Counted from the stretch's first letter, positions 27,305-36,253 are shown. The stretch: DNA of 64,000 nucleotides from an uncultured Nitrospiraceae bacterium (GCA_963727775.1 CAVSHB010000002.1:211599-275598), one strand, 5' to 3'. Program-made: numbers and translations. The notes: generated by a model from the sequence alone, not told the origin.

Positions 27305-28479
27305 AGACATTCAGCGGCATTCCAACAAATCTAACAAGAACTCTGGTTGCGAAAGTTGTTAAGCATCCAAAAAGTCGATGGATGTCTTGGGTCCCTGAGC
27401 CAACGGCCTATGTAGCGGACACTCCTCCCAAGAGACTTCCGAAGGCCTCCGTTTATATATTCTCGGGACACGAGAATCTTAGTACAATCCCTGGCAAATC
27501 TCCAGTTGTTCATGGTGTCCCGCGGGATGTAGTTGCCCAGCTCAATGATGGTGACGTGGTAAAGATTGAAAAGGACGGGCAGGTGCAAGTGCTTTATGAG
27601 GTAGCATCCCAACAGAACGTGATTTTTGTAACCAACCGCTGTAATTTGCACTGCGTGATGTGCCCACAGCCGTCCAAAGCAGATGAGGAGGGGATGCTGG
27701 GGAATACCTTAAGACTCATTCGTATGATGTCCCCCGAAAGCACAAAGAACATTGCCATCACCGGCGGAGAACCTACCCTGCTTGGGCAGGGATTACAGAC
27801 TCTCATTAAATCTTGCAAGGACAACCTTCCGAGAACTTCACTTATTGTTCTTACAAACGGCACCAGACTCAAAGACTTAGAGTTGGTAAGGCAGCTGACC
27901 ATGGTCGGGCATCCCGCCCTTACGTTTGCTATCCCGCTTTATTCCGATGTAGACGTAATCCATGACAAGATCGTAGGTACCCCGGGGAGCTTTCATGCGG
28001 CCATCAGGGGGCTACACAATCTGGCCCTTTTCCGACATTTCGTCGAAATAAGAACCGTTGTCACCGCGATGAACTACACAAGGCTTCCCAAACTGGCCGA
28101 ATTTATCTATCGGAACTTACCTTTTGCTGCCCATATTGCCATCATGGCACTTGAAATGACAGGAAATGCCAGAGAGAACTCCGAGGCCATATGGATAGAT
28201 CCATTCGATTATACCCGTGAACTGGAGATGGCAGTGCGTATATTGAATAGGGCAGGGCTGAATGTCTCCATCTATAATCACCAACTCTGTGTTGTCCCTC
28301 AAAACATGTGGCGCTTCTGCAGACAGTCAATATCAGCCTGGAAAAACTCCTATATTGGGCAATGTGGCGAATGTCTGGTAAAACAAAAATGCGGCGGTTT
28401 TTTTACTACTGGCGGGCAATACATCAGCCAGCATATCAACCCTATATCGCATCTGTATGACCAACCTTTTGCGCCTTGA
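27301..28479 (+). CDS. hxsC: His-Xaa-Ser system radical SAM maturase HxsC
   Basis: 392 aa with a 4-nt overlap onto hxsB. TNRCNLHCVMCPQP is the CxxxCxxC motif. C-terminal CGECLVKQKCGG. Confidence 0.8.
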   Translation: MKTFSGIPTNLTRTLVAKVVKHPKSRWMSWVPEPTAYVADTPPKRLPKASVYIFSGHENLSTIPGKSPVVHGVPRDVVAQLNDGDVVKIEKDGQVQVLYEVASQQNVIFVTNRCNLHCVMCPQPSKADEEGMLGNTLRLIRMMSPESTKNIAITGGEPTLLGQGLQTLIKSCKDNLPRTSLIVLTNGTRLKDLELVRQLTMVGHPALTFAIPLYSDVDVIHDKIVGTPGSFHAAIRGLHNLALFRHFVEIRTVVTAMNYTRLPKLAEFIYRNLPFAAHIAIMALEMTGNARENSEAIWIDPFDYTRELEMAVRILNRAGLNVSIYNHQLCVVPQNMWRFCRQSISAWKNSYIGQCGECLVKQKCGGFFTTGGQYISQHINPISHLYDQPFAP

Positions 28480-28497
28480 CATTGCGCCTTGCTTTTG

Positions 28498-28526
28498 TTG
28501 ACAAACACTCGTCTGTGTGATATAAA
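28498..28526 (+). promoter_or_regulatory. Near-consensus sigma-70 promoter for hxsA
   Basis: TTGACA (28498-28503), 17-nt spacer, TATAAA (28521-28526). It lies 33 nt upstream of the hxsA ATG, which has RBS AAGAGG. Confidence 0.6.
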
Positions 28527-28558
28527 CTAAATAAGAGTACGATTTAAGAGGTGTATTT

Positions 28559-28834
28559 ATGAAATCATGGATTAAGAAAACAGCGTTAGGTCTAGTTGCC
28601 GCCCTTTCCTTTTTTGGCGTTAATGTTGGCTCGACCAATGCCTCCCTTCAGAGCGATACGGTAAAGATCAAGGAAAACACGCCGCTGTATCTCGAACACG
28701 CGTCAAACATCCTCACACATGCTCAGGAGAGAAACAATTTTTTGGCAGATCACGAATCGCACTACTCTCATGACAGCCATTCTTCCCACTCCTCTCATGA
28801 CTCACATTACTCACATTATAGTTCACGCGATTAG
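28559..28834 (+). CDS. hxsA: His-Xaa-Ser repeat precursor protein HxsA
   Basis: 91 aa. Signal-peptide-like MKSWIKKTALGLVAALSFFGVNVGSTNA. The C-terminus carries eight consecutive HxS triplets: HES HYS HDS HSS HSS HDS HYS HYS. Confidence 0.85.
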   Translation: MKSWIKKTALGLVAALSFFGVNVGSTNASLQSDTVKIKENTPLYLEHASNILTHAQERNNFLADHESHYSHDSHSSHSSHDSHYSHYSSRD

Positions 28835-29764
28835 TTAGGAACGGAAAAGAGCATGGGATAGACATAAGGCAGGTCTGGGCCTATTTATAATTTTCATGAT
28901 GTCCAGCCCAGAACCGCCTTTATTTTGTCAGTCCACCTGAAAGTCCGCAGTGCGGACTTCTATCGTATGGTGTCGAATACGGGTACAAACATAGATTTGC
29001 AACCATTTTGCCAGTTCACTTCTTTCTTCATCAAAGTCGCAAAGCAGATGATTTTATTGTTATGCAAGTTTCTTCTCCAAATAAACGAATCTGCGTCACA
29101 TTAATCAGGATTATATAACTTAACTAAAGTCTTTCTTTTCAAACCCGGACCGAACTACGCGACCATTGCTCCCGCAGGAGCAGCCCAAACCTACAGGCCT
29201 ATATGTGCGAGGGCATTGAGCAGTGAAGCACAGGAAACCTTGATCATCCCCCAGAATCAGAAAGAGTGAACTTGAGGCCGCCAAAGCGCAGACGAACAAG
29301 ACAGCAATGACCTTGTATTGCGAGTGGTGAGCAGGCCAAAGCTGGAAAAGATGGCAAGCCAGAAAACCAACAACACCAAGGGCGGCATAGGGAACGAGCG
29401 CTGCCCTAACTGCTGCGAGAGAAGCCAACGCATATCGTAAATTTCAGCTCTGATCTGCAGGGCTTGAGACTGAAGCCGGCGCCGGTCGTCGTTTCTTCGG
29501 TCCCGCTCTCCGCCTGGCCAACCTTCTTTGCTGCAATCGTGTTTTTCTCTTCCGGACGCACCCGTTCAATCGAGGCAATGAGAGAGCGATGCAGAATATC
29601 CCTGGCTTCTCTCGTCTCCAGCCTGTATCGTATCGCGCCATGGTGTTGTCAAGCATAACAATCTTCAAGACCGTTTGTTTGATCTCGCTGTTCATTGTAA
29701 TCTGGCTCATGATTCACTTTCATTTCTTCATGAGTCCAAATTACAGCGCCACCTGCTATGAAAC

Positions 29765-30310
29765 CTACGGCAAATAGACTCCGGAGCCTATGAAATAGTC
29801 TGTTCCCGGGATGGGCTCTACATACCCAAGCTTTTTGAACTCCTCTTTGGATCCGGGTTTGACCCAATAAAACTCAACAAACCCGCCGCCCTTCTTTGCA
29901 GCGGCGCTCAGCTCCCGGATGACAAATTTCCCCTTTACGTCTTTGTGATCGTAGAGGTTCTTTCCCTGGAGATTCTTTTGGGTCCCGTGGGCAATATTCA
30001 GACAGCTGTAATCATAGACATAAAAATACCCTGACTTATCTGCATAAAAACGTATGGGGTCGACAAAGGAACATATCATATCAACGCGCTCATTTTCGTT
30101 CTTTACCCCCTTGAGGATCTCTCCCAGTCCGACAGCAGTCGCGTGAACCACTGTCTTTGCTGTTTCCTTGTAACACTCCATGGATGTCTTATCATTTCCA
30201 TAGCCGACCCCGGCGCCCATGATAACTACTGCCACGGCGATAATCAATATTGCCAATAGCTGCCCCGAAGTGTTTCTCACCTTTTCTTTCTTACAATAAG
30301 TCATTGCCAA
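29765..30310 (-). CDS. Membrane-anchored single Cache (sCache_2-like) domain protein
   Basis: 181 aa. N-terminal TM segment LLAILIIAVAVVIMGAGVG. FYADKSGYFYVYDYSCLNIAHG...GGGFVEFYWVKPG...KLGYVEPIPGTDYFIGSGVY is a typical Cache_2 pattern. Confidence 0.7.
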   Translation of the reverse strand: MAMTYCKKEKVRNTSGQLLAILIIAVAVVIMGAGVGYGNDKTSMECYKETAKTVVHATAVGLGEILKGVKNENERVDMICSFVDPIRFYADKSGYFYVYDYSCLNIAHGTQKNLQGKNLYDHKDVKGKFVIRELSAAAKKGGGFVEFYWVKPGSKEEFKKLGYVEPIPGTDYFIGSGVYLP

Positions 30311-30365
30311 TCCTCCTTTTATTTATTACGAATAGGACGCTCCTGCAAAACGTCCGTAAAGACTG

Positions 30366-31841
30366 TCAAAAGTGAGGAGCCTTGACCGGCAGCTTCGCGG
30401 AATCGATGCCTTCGCACAGCGCGTTATCCACCGTCAGGTTGCCCTTGTCGTCAAGCCTCACCGTCCAGATAGTGTCGTAGTCGCTGCTCGGCCAAGCGGG
30501 CGCCTTTGGGCCTACATAGGTCGGGAAATGGGTCGAGATGAGCGCATCTATTATCGGCGGGAAGTGAGCGTGCTCCCACGCGAGCAGCACGGTCTGGTTG
30601 GAGAATTTGCCGCCTTTGAAGAAAAAATCGCTGGTGAGCTGGGGCAAGTTCGTATCGAATATCTCCAAACCTGCAACCAGATAATAGGGCAAGTTGTTCG
30701 CTATTGCATATGGCTGGACCGTTAACGAGGGTCTGACATACGAAAAATCGGAATTACCCAGAATGGCCTCAGCGCCCGGGGAAACCTGTGCGGGGTCGAT
30801 CGAATAAACCTGCGTGGGACTGATTTTGCCTCGCAGGGCATTTGGAAGATACAGCGCGCGCCATTGCCCCGCAGCCACAAAGTTGCCGTCGTCCCATCCG
30901 CGCACCGGATGCGCCTCCGCGTGCCGGATCATGTAAACCGTCTCGTTGGTGTTGATGGCATTGATCCCCCCCGTCGCCGAGATTTTGAAAAGCGAAGGCG
31001 TCGTATCCGGGCCCGGGCATGATGCGCCGGCTGCCGGTGAGGGCAGCACGGGGTATGTGGAAGGCGGGTCCAGATTGCTGTTGTAGGTAACCAGGCCGGC
31101 GCTTCCGGACGGCGAGATTGAGATCGCATAGACATAGTTGGGGCCCATATAGGTCGCAGGGAGATCCAGGTTGTAATTCTTGAGATTTTTGATATTTTCC
31201 ATCAGGGCGTGGATGGTCTCCCACGGCGCAGAGAAGACATAAAAACCCGGCAGGGTTGTATTGATAAGACCGGCTGCCAAGGTTTCGTTGTTGCCGTCTG
31301 TATCGTTGAAATCCAGTCCCTGGCAACCCTGGCAGACTACCAACGGCGCAGCAACTCCGCCGGGTACAGTCCCTGACGCATACGATGCATTAAGCGGGTA
31401 GCTATTGCCGGTAATTAAGGGCGAGCCCGCACCGCCCGCACCGGTTAGACTTATATGGTTGAGAAGGGCGAACTGCTGGATGGTCATCAGCGCCGCCATA
31501 TCGGGATAGTTGTTTTCGGTCTGCAGATGGGTCATCGGCTCAAGCGCATAGATGCGGTTTACATTCCTTGTCCCCAATACTCGCTGCTTCAGATACCCGG
31601 CCATGAGGAGCGTCCGCTGTAAACCCTGACTGGTGAGATTTGCGGTGCCCGGATCGACGTCACCGGACGCATGGTAAGCCAAATCATCGCTTACCACGAA
31701 GATCAGATTGATATTGTCGGCCTTCAACGGAGCTGGATGTTTATTATCGCCGGAAGATCCTCCTCCACATCCCGATAAAAGGGAAATCAGTAGCGCCGTT
31801 ATAAAGACGCCTGTTCGCAGAACAGAAATCATTTGCTTCAT
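30366..31841 (-). CDS. Secreted lipoprotein with a histidine-phosphatase-like motif
   Basis: 491 aa. Lipobox LLSGC. VYMIRHAEAHP resembles the RHGxRxP motif of histidine phosphatases. The gene is visibly GC-richer than its surroundings. Confidence 0.4.
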   Translation of the reverse strand: MKQMISVLRTGVFITALLISLLSGCGGGSSGDNKHPAPLKADNINLIFVVSDDLAYHASGDVDPGTANLTSQGLQRTLLMAGYLKQRVLGTRNVNRIYALEPMTHLQTENNYPDMAALMTIQQFALLNHISLTGAGGAGSPLITGNSYPLNASYASGTVPGGVAAPLVVCQGCQGLDFNDTDGNNETLAAGLINTTLPGFYVFSAPWETIHALMENIKNLKNYNLDLPATYMGPNYVYAISISPSGSAGLVTYNSNLDPPSTYPVLPSPAAGASCPGPDTTPSLFKISATGGINAINTNETVYMIRHAEAHPVRGWDDGNFVAAGQWRALYLPNALRGKISPTQVYSIDPAQVSPGAEAILGNSDFSYVRPSLTVQPYAIANNLPYYLVAGLEIFDTNLPQLTSDFFFKGGKFSNQTVLLAWEHAHFPPIIDALISTHFPTYVGPKAPAWPSSDYDTIWTVRLDDKGNLTVDNALCEGIDSAKLPVKAPHF

Positions 31842-31872
31842 CTGTCATATCCTTCTGTTTTGCATATGAACA

Positions 31873-33303
31873 TCAATAGGAGTTCACACAATCGATAAGC
31901 TCTTGTTTCCCCATATATCCAATACCGCACCAGTAAACCGGCCAGGTTGTGTCGGTAATTGGATTAAAAGTATTCGTAATGGGAATAGAGTAATTGTGCC
32001 CTGAGAAATAGTGCCCTCTGTAAAATGCCTGTTTTGCGCTATTCGTGGCAAGAACCGGAAAAAGATGTGACAGGGAATCGTTCAGAAGACCATGTACGGA
32101 ATACGCTTTTGAAAAAGTATAATAGCTATTGAACTGTTCCGGGTTAGCAGCGAGGTCATAGTTGAAGGAGGTATAGTCCGTGGCCTTCAAGGTGGCGCGG
32201 GAAAACGTAAAGACCTTGAATGCCGGGTTATTGCCGAAATAGGGAGCAATGCTGGGCGTTGTCACAGCCGGATTGCCGGGCGACATGATGCGATACTCGT
32301 CCATATGGGTATGGGCGATAAACGTCTGGGTTATAAGACCCGGATATTTTGCAAGTATTTTCAAAAAACTTTCTTGATAGTCCTCATTCCACATCATTAT
32401 GGCAGTTGAAATGTGACCGTTGGAATCAACAGCTTGTGCGGTTGAATATTTATCCGCGCCCGGAGGCACGTGCATTAAGAGCCATACCTTCTTGCCCCCG
32501 GCCTGGGCTGAAGCAAGCGTTAAATCAAACCAGTGAAGTTCAGCGGTTACCGCACTCGAAGTGGTGTCGCCGAAATAAGGGGAAAACTCGAATGTGTTGA
32601 GTCCTATAACCATCAAATCTGTGCCGGTCGGCTCTGCGGAATAATATCCTCCGCTCGTAAACGCATCAAGAAATGTCTGATGATCTACAGTGCCGTTCAC
32701 AAAGTTTGTGTAATAGAGTTCCGCAGTATCGGAAAGAAAACTGCTGTCGGGTCCGAGGCCTGTGTATGAATCGCTATTTCCAACGGCGAACATGACGGGA
32801 ATGTTTCCCACATACGACCTCACCTGCTGCATAAAAAAGGCAATAGTCTTGTCGGTAAAGGCCTTCATGGCAGCGACGTCTGCAGGGGTTGGGTTTTGGG
32901 CGTTTGCGGGGTCGTAAAGTCCGTAGAACGTTTGAGGAAGGTAATGCCCCAGCATGTCGCCGGTAAAGATAATCAGCGGACTGGCTCCCATATTCTGCCT
33001 TATGCTTGAGAGAGCGATCGCAAGCAAAGGGTAGTTGGTATCGCCGCCCCATACCGAAGGCGCTGATATGCCCGATGACTTAAAAATACTCTCCCACTCG
33101 CCGGCATCCGCAGCGACAAGCTTCGGAAAAAGAGACGGGTCATAGAAAGGATTGAAATGGACATCCGAGAAAACAAGCACCGGGAAGTCTTTGTTGCTGG
33201 TGTTGTTGGGCCCGCTGTCACCACCGCACGCAGCCAGTTGCAATTGGAGTATCAGGGCCAAAATCAAACCGAAAAGTCTTATATTTCTATAGCACGTGTT
33301 CAT
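31873..33303 (-). CDS. Secreted calcineurin-like metallophosphoesterase (sphingomyelinase-like phosphodiesterase type)
   Basis: 476 aa. Lipobox LAACGG. Motifs in canonical order: VFSDVHFN (DxH), FTGDMLGH (GDxxxH), VGNSD (GNxD), LMHVPPG, AHTHMDE (xHxH). Confidence 0.72.
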   Translation of the reverse strand: MNTCYRNIRLFGLILALILQLQLAACGGDSGPNNTSNKDFPVLVFSDVHFNPFYDPSLFPKLVAADAGEWESIFKSSGISAPSVWGGDTNYPLLAIALSSIRQNMGASPLIIFTGDMLGHYLPQTFYGLYDPANAQNPTPADVAAMKAFTDKTIAFFMQQVRSYVGNIPVMFAVGNSDSYTGLGPDSSFLSDTAELYYTNFVNGTVDHQTFLDAFTSGGYYSAEPTGTDLMVIGLNTFEFSPYFGDTTSSAVTAELHWFDLTLASAQAGGKKVWLLMHVPPGADKYSTAQAVDSNGHISTAIMMWNEDYQESFLKILAKYPGLITQTFIAHTHMDEYRIMSPGNPAVTTPSIAPYFGNNPAFKVFTFSRATLKATDYTSFNYDLAANPEQFNSYYTFSKAYSVHGLLNDSLSHLFPVLATNSAKQAFYRGHYFSGHNYSIPITNTFNPITDTTWPVYWCGIGYMGKQELIDCVNSY

Positions 33304-33855
33304 AACTGCCTCCCATAATGTTATTGAGCGCTAAAACCCGGCTAATATTTTATGCGTCAGTTCTTTTTGTCCGGTGGCTCTTTTCCCCCATGTTTAGAAC
33401 ACTATCAGATTCTGCTTCAAGTAGCAACTCATCGAAAGCGCAAAGCGCACCTTGCCTTTTGGGTCTCCCGAACCTATCCGTTGTCAAAGGAATAACATCG
33501 TGCCTGAGAAGTTGCGCAAGACAGCAGGCAGTCCGCTCATTGAAGGTTATGACAGAAGACAGCACACCACTGAGCGATGTCGTTTTACGCTTCAGCCCGC
33601 ATCCCGGCATGACTATACTGCCACGGGATGCGGACTCCCGCCTGATCTTCAGCTATTGAAAAGGTTAGGGTAAAATCTTCATTGTTGATAATTGATTTTC
33701 AAAAGAAACACGCATACTTGTCGCGTTCAATAATTGGGAGGACTTCTGTGAGCAGTTCAAACTTGCACCAGGCTCAGACATTGCTGTATCCTAAAACTCA
33801 GACATACTGCATAAGATCTGCTCACTGAAATCCCCATTCATAGGAGAGAACGCTA

Positions 33856-34268
33856 ATGAAGAAAAAGCCTGTTTTCGGGTTTCTTTTTTTTGTTTTGATG
33901 GTTTCGGCGGCACTATGGCCCATAAGGTCTGCGCGAGCCGAGGAGGTAGTGCGGGCAAAGCTTACCAACGGCCTCAGGGTAGTGATCGTCCGGAATCCGC
34001 TTGTGCCGGTAGCCACGACAGTGGTCAATTACCTTGTCGGTTCCGATGAGGCTCCCGCTGGATTCCCTGGTATGGCTCACGCACAGGAACATATGATGTT
34101 CCGTGGAACCCCCGGGCTCACAGCCGACCAGCTTGCGCGCATTACGGCGGAGATGGGGGGCAATTTTGACGCTGACACCCAGCAGAATGTAACACAGTAT
34201 TTTTTTACCGTGCCGGTCGAAGACCTGGATGTGGCCTTGCACATAGAAGCAATACGGATGAAAGGCGT
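33856..34268 (+). pseudogene. M16 (pitrilysin) family zinc peptidase, N-terminal fragment truncated by IS insertion
   Basis: Signal peptide followed by GMAHAQEHMMFRG (HxxEH zinc motif). Homology ends at ...IEAIRMKGV, where the IS inverted repeat begins. The ORF then reads into the IR as LGVCRT*. Confidence 0.85.
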
Positions 34269-35981
34269 CCTAGGAGTCTGTCGGACTTGAATTGCTGTTT
34301 TTGACAGCGGTTGGAATCCGAGAGAGTCGATTGTAGTTATTTTTCATGATTTGATCGTCTGTCATCGGTTCTTTCCTGCCGGTGTTTTGTTGGATACATT
34401 ATGCCATCGCCATTTTCAGGCGCCTACCTGGCTGTTCCTCAATGCATGCAGCCTTTTGATGTTCCATGCAATGCAGATCATATCCCACTCGCCATTGACT
34501 GCAGTAAAACCACGCAACAGGAATCGGTCAAATCCCATAGCTGCCTTGATTACCCCAAACGCCGGCTCCACAGTACTCTTGCGTATCGCATAAATTGCCT
34601 TACCGGCAACTGTCTTCAACCGATGTTTCATTCTTGTCACTGCATCAGCATCAACCGGCAATGGAGGCGGTTCGACGAATCGCTCCCATAAAGGCTGATT
34701 ATGACTCTGCCGATCTACTGCTATATATGGCTCTATTCCTTTGCTCTCACATTCTTGCACATTTGCTTCGCTGTAATACCCGCTGTCGGCTATTATAGTT
34801 TTTACTTTGCCAAGTTGTTCGGGCAGATATGTAAGCGCTTCAAGCGCTGGTTTCATCTGCTGTTTGTCATTGGATTGTTGTGTTACATGCGTTGCGACAA
34901 TAAGCATTGTTTCTGTATCCACGGCTGCTTGAGCATTATAAGCCTGCTTGAATCCTCCACCCGATGCCGGCATTATGCGAGATTCTTCATCGGTCAGATT
35001 GACCTGATCTTTGTCAGTTGGCCCGGCTGCAGGCGGCTTGGGTCCTTTGCCTCGGGGTTTCTTGCCGCTCTGCTTTTGTTTGGCTACACGCTCTGCCTGT
35101 TTCTTTTCACTGTCGGCTTGTTCCATTGCATGCCGCTCTGCCGCACGGCGCTCTATCTCAGCTTTTGCTTCAGCTATCATTTTCAGCCGCTTCTCTCGCC
35201 GCTCCAGCTCTTCCGGGATGTTCATGCCGTCAGGAATGTCAGCTTTGTCAGCAGCCTCAGCTTTCTTCATCAGTTCCGCCACTTCCACTTTCAACTTATT
35301 CTCTATTTTGCATGCATGCCCGTAGCTCAACGCCTTGTGCTTTGAGGCATTGGCTTTCATTTTGGTCCCATCCAAGCTGACCGTGCCTAACTTCAATACC
35401 CCGGTTTCTGCTGCTATCATTAGTATCTGCACAAACAGTTCTTTCAGCTTAGGCAAAAACCGACGTCGAAAGGTTGCTATTGTGTCATGGTCAGGGTGAC
35501 TGTTGGCTGCCACATACCGGAATGCTACAGAGTCGTACGTGCTACGCTCTAATTGCCTGCTCGAAAAGACTCCCGTCGCATATCCGTAAAATAATAATGC
35601 CACCAGCATCTCAGGGCTGTATGCCTCACTGCCTCGTCCTGCATAATCATTTTTCAACCGGTCAAGATTAAGCTGATCCACTATCTCTACGACAAATCTC
35701 GCCAAGTGACCCTCGGGCAACCATTCCTGCACCGACGGCGGAAATAAATATATCGTCTCTCTGTCACATTGTTTGAACATTATGCTGATCTCCTGTTGTT
35801 CATTCTTATGCCGCTTGTCTATTATGCCATAAGGAACGCCCATGCAGGTCTGTCGGACTTAGATAATTACAGGCCGAAAAGATTTCTGCTGCCCAGTTTG
35901 CAATAAAGGTTCTTAAGAGACTGCCGTGTCCTTCAAGAAGTAAACTTTTCAGAAATGTTGAAAGTCCGACAGACTCCTAGG
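34269..35981 (-). mobile_element. IS1182-family (IS5-like) insertion sequence
   Basis: Perfect 20-bp terminal inverted repeats CCTAGGAGTCTGTCGGACTT at 34269-34288 and 35962-35981. No direct repeat in the flanks. Confidence 0.85.
34416..35780 (-). CDS. IS1182/IS5-family transposase
   Basis: Start MFKQCDRETIYLFPPSVQEWLPEGHLARFVVEIVDQL (RBS AGGAGA). Also YSPEMLVALLFYGYATGVFSSRQLE, a central Lys/Glu-rich linker and a C-terminal DDE region (IADSGYYSE). Confidence 0.85.
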   Translation of the reverse strand: MFKQCDRETIYLFPPSVQEWLPEGHLARFVVEIVDQLNLDRLKNDYAGRGSEAYSPEMLVALLFYGYATGVFSSRQLERSTYDSVAFRYVAANSHPDHDTIATFRRRFLPKLKELFVQILMIAAETGVLKLGTVSLDGTKMKANASKHKALSYGHACKIENKLKVEVAELMKKAEAADKADIPDGMNIPEELERREKRLKMIAEAKAEIERRAAERHAMEQADSEKKQAERVAKQKQSGKKPRGKGPKPPAAGPTDKDQVNLTDEESRIMPASGGGFKQAYNAQAAVDTETMLIVATHVTQQSNDKQQMKPALEALTYLPEQLGKVKTIIADSGYYSEANVQECESKGIEPYIAVDRQSHNQPLWERFVEPPPLPVDADAVTRMKHRLKTVAGKAIYAIRKSTVEPAFGVIKAAMGFDRFLLRGFTAVNGEWDMICIAWNIKRLHALRNSQVGA

Positions 35982-36253
35982 TGGAATCGTATATTACTTA
36001 GAACCCCCCTGGCTATGAGGTCACTGATAGACCAAAATTCTTTACTGGCATTGCGAGCCTTACACTGCTGTGCCTGACGAACACCATTCTTTTGAATGAT
36101 CCAAAGATCGACTCCTTGCTCGTCATCACCGACGCCCTCAATGGTGACAGATTTAATTTTCTCTTCAAGAAGGGAAAGAAGTTGAGTGGCAACCCATCGG
36201 CCTTCATACCGGTTGCCAAGTTTATCCGCCAATCCTCCTGATTCAAATGGCAT
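35982..36253 (-). pseudogene. N-terminal fragment of a PD-(D/E)xK nuclease-like protein (DUF4297/Cap4-type N-terminus), truncated by the IS
   Basis: MPFESGGLADKLGNRYEGRWVATQLLSLLEEKIKSVTIEGVGDDEQGVDLWIIQKNGVRQAQQCKA fits the GG...G-x-x-Y-E/Q start and the E...D...QxK pattern. The ORF then runs into the IS inverted repeat (LGVCRTF...). Confidence 0.5.

Noticed and set aside
28751-28822. Short-period DNA periodicity in the hxsA 3' end that could be mistaken for a tandem repeat or CRISPR-like array.
   Set aside because: The period is 9 nt or less, is imperfect and lies inside a coding frame (HxS triplets). There are no spacers. No CRISPR array was seen anywhere in the window.
29120-29720. Minus-strand ORFs 29120-29428 (102 aa, two hydrophobic segments, TTG start) and 29444-29710 (88 aa).
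   Set aside because: There are competing frames. A +1 frame reads ETREARDILHRSLIASIERVRPEEK, which looks more protein-like than the listed Arg-rich tail, so a frameshifted gene is possible. I recognise no family and cannot choose a model, so the region is left unannotated.
30372-33673. Many long alternative-frame ORFs (for example 30372-30725, 30769-31326, 32774-33052, 33318-33659).
   Set aside because: They have Arg/Pro/Gly-rich compositions typical of off-frame ORFs in GC-rich DNA. They overlap the two well-supported lipoprotein genes or lie in a spacer without an RBS.
34351-35671. Plus-strand ORFs antisense to the IS1182 transposase (for example 34701-35345, 214 aa).
   Set aside because: They have Cys/Leu/Phe-rich nonsense composition and sit opposite a transposase with clear family motifs.
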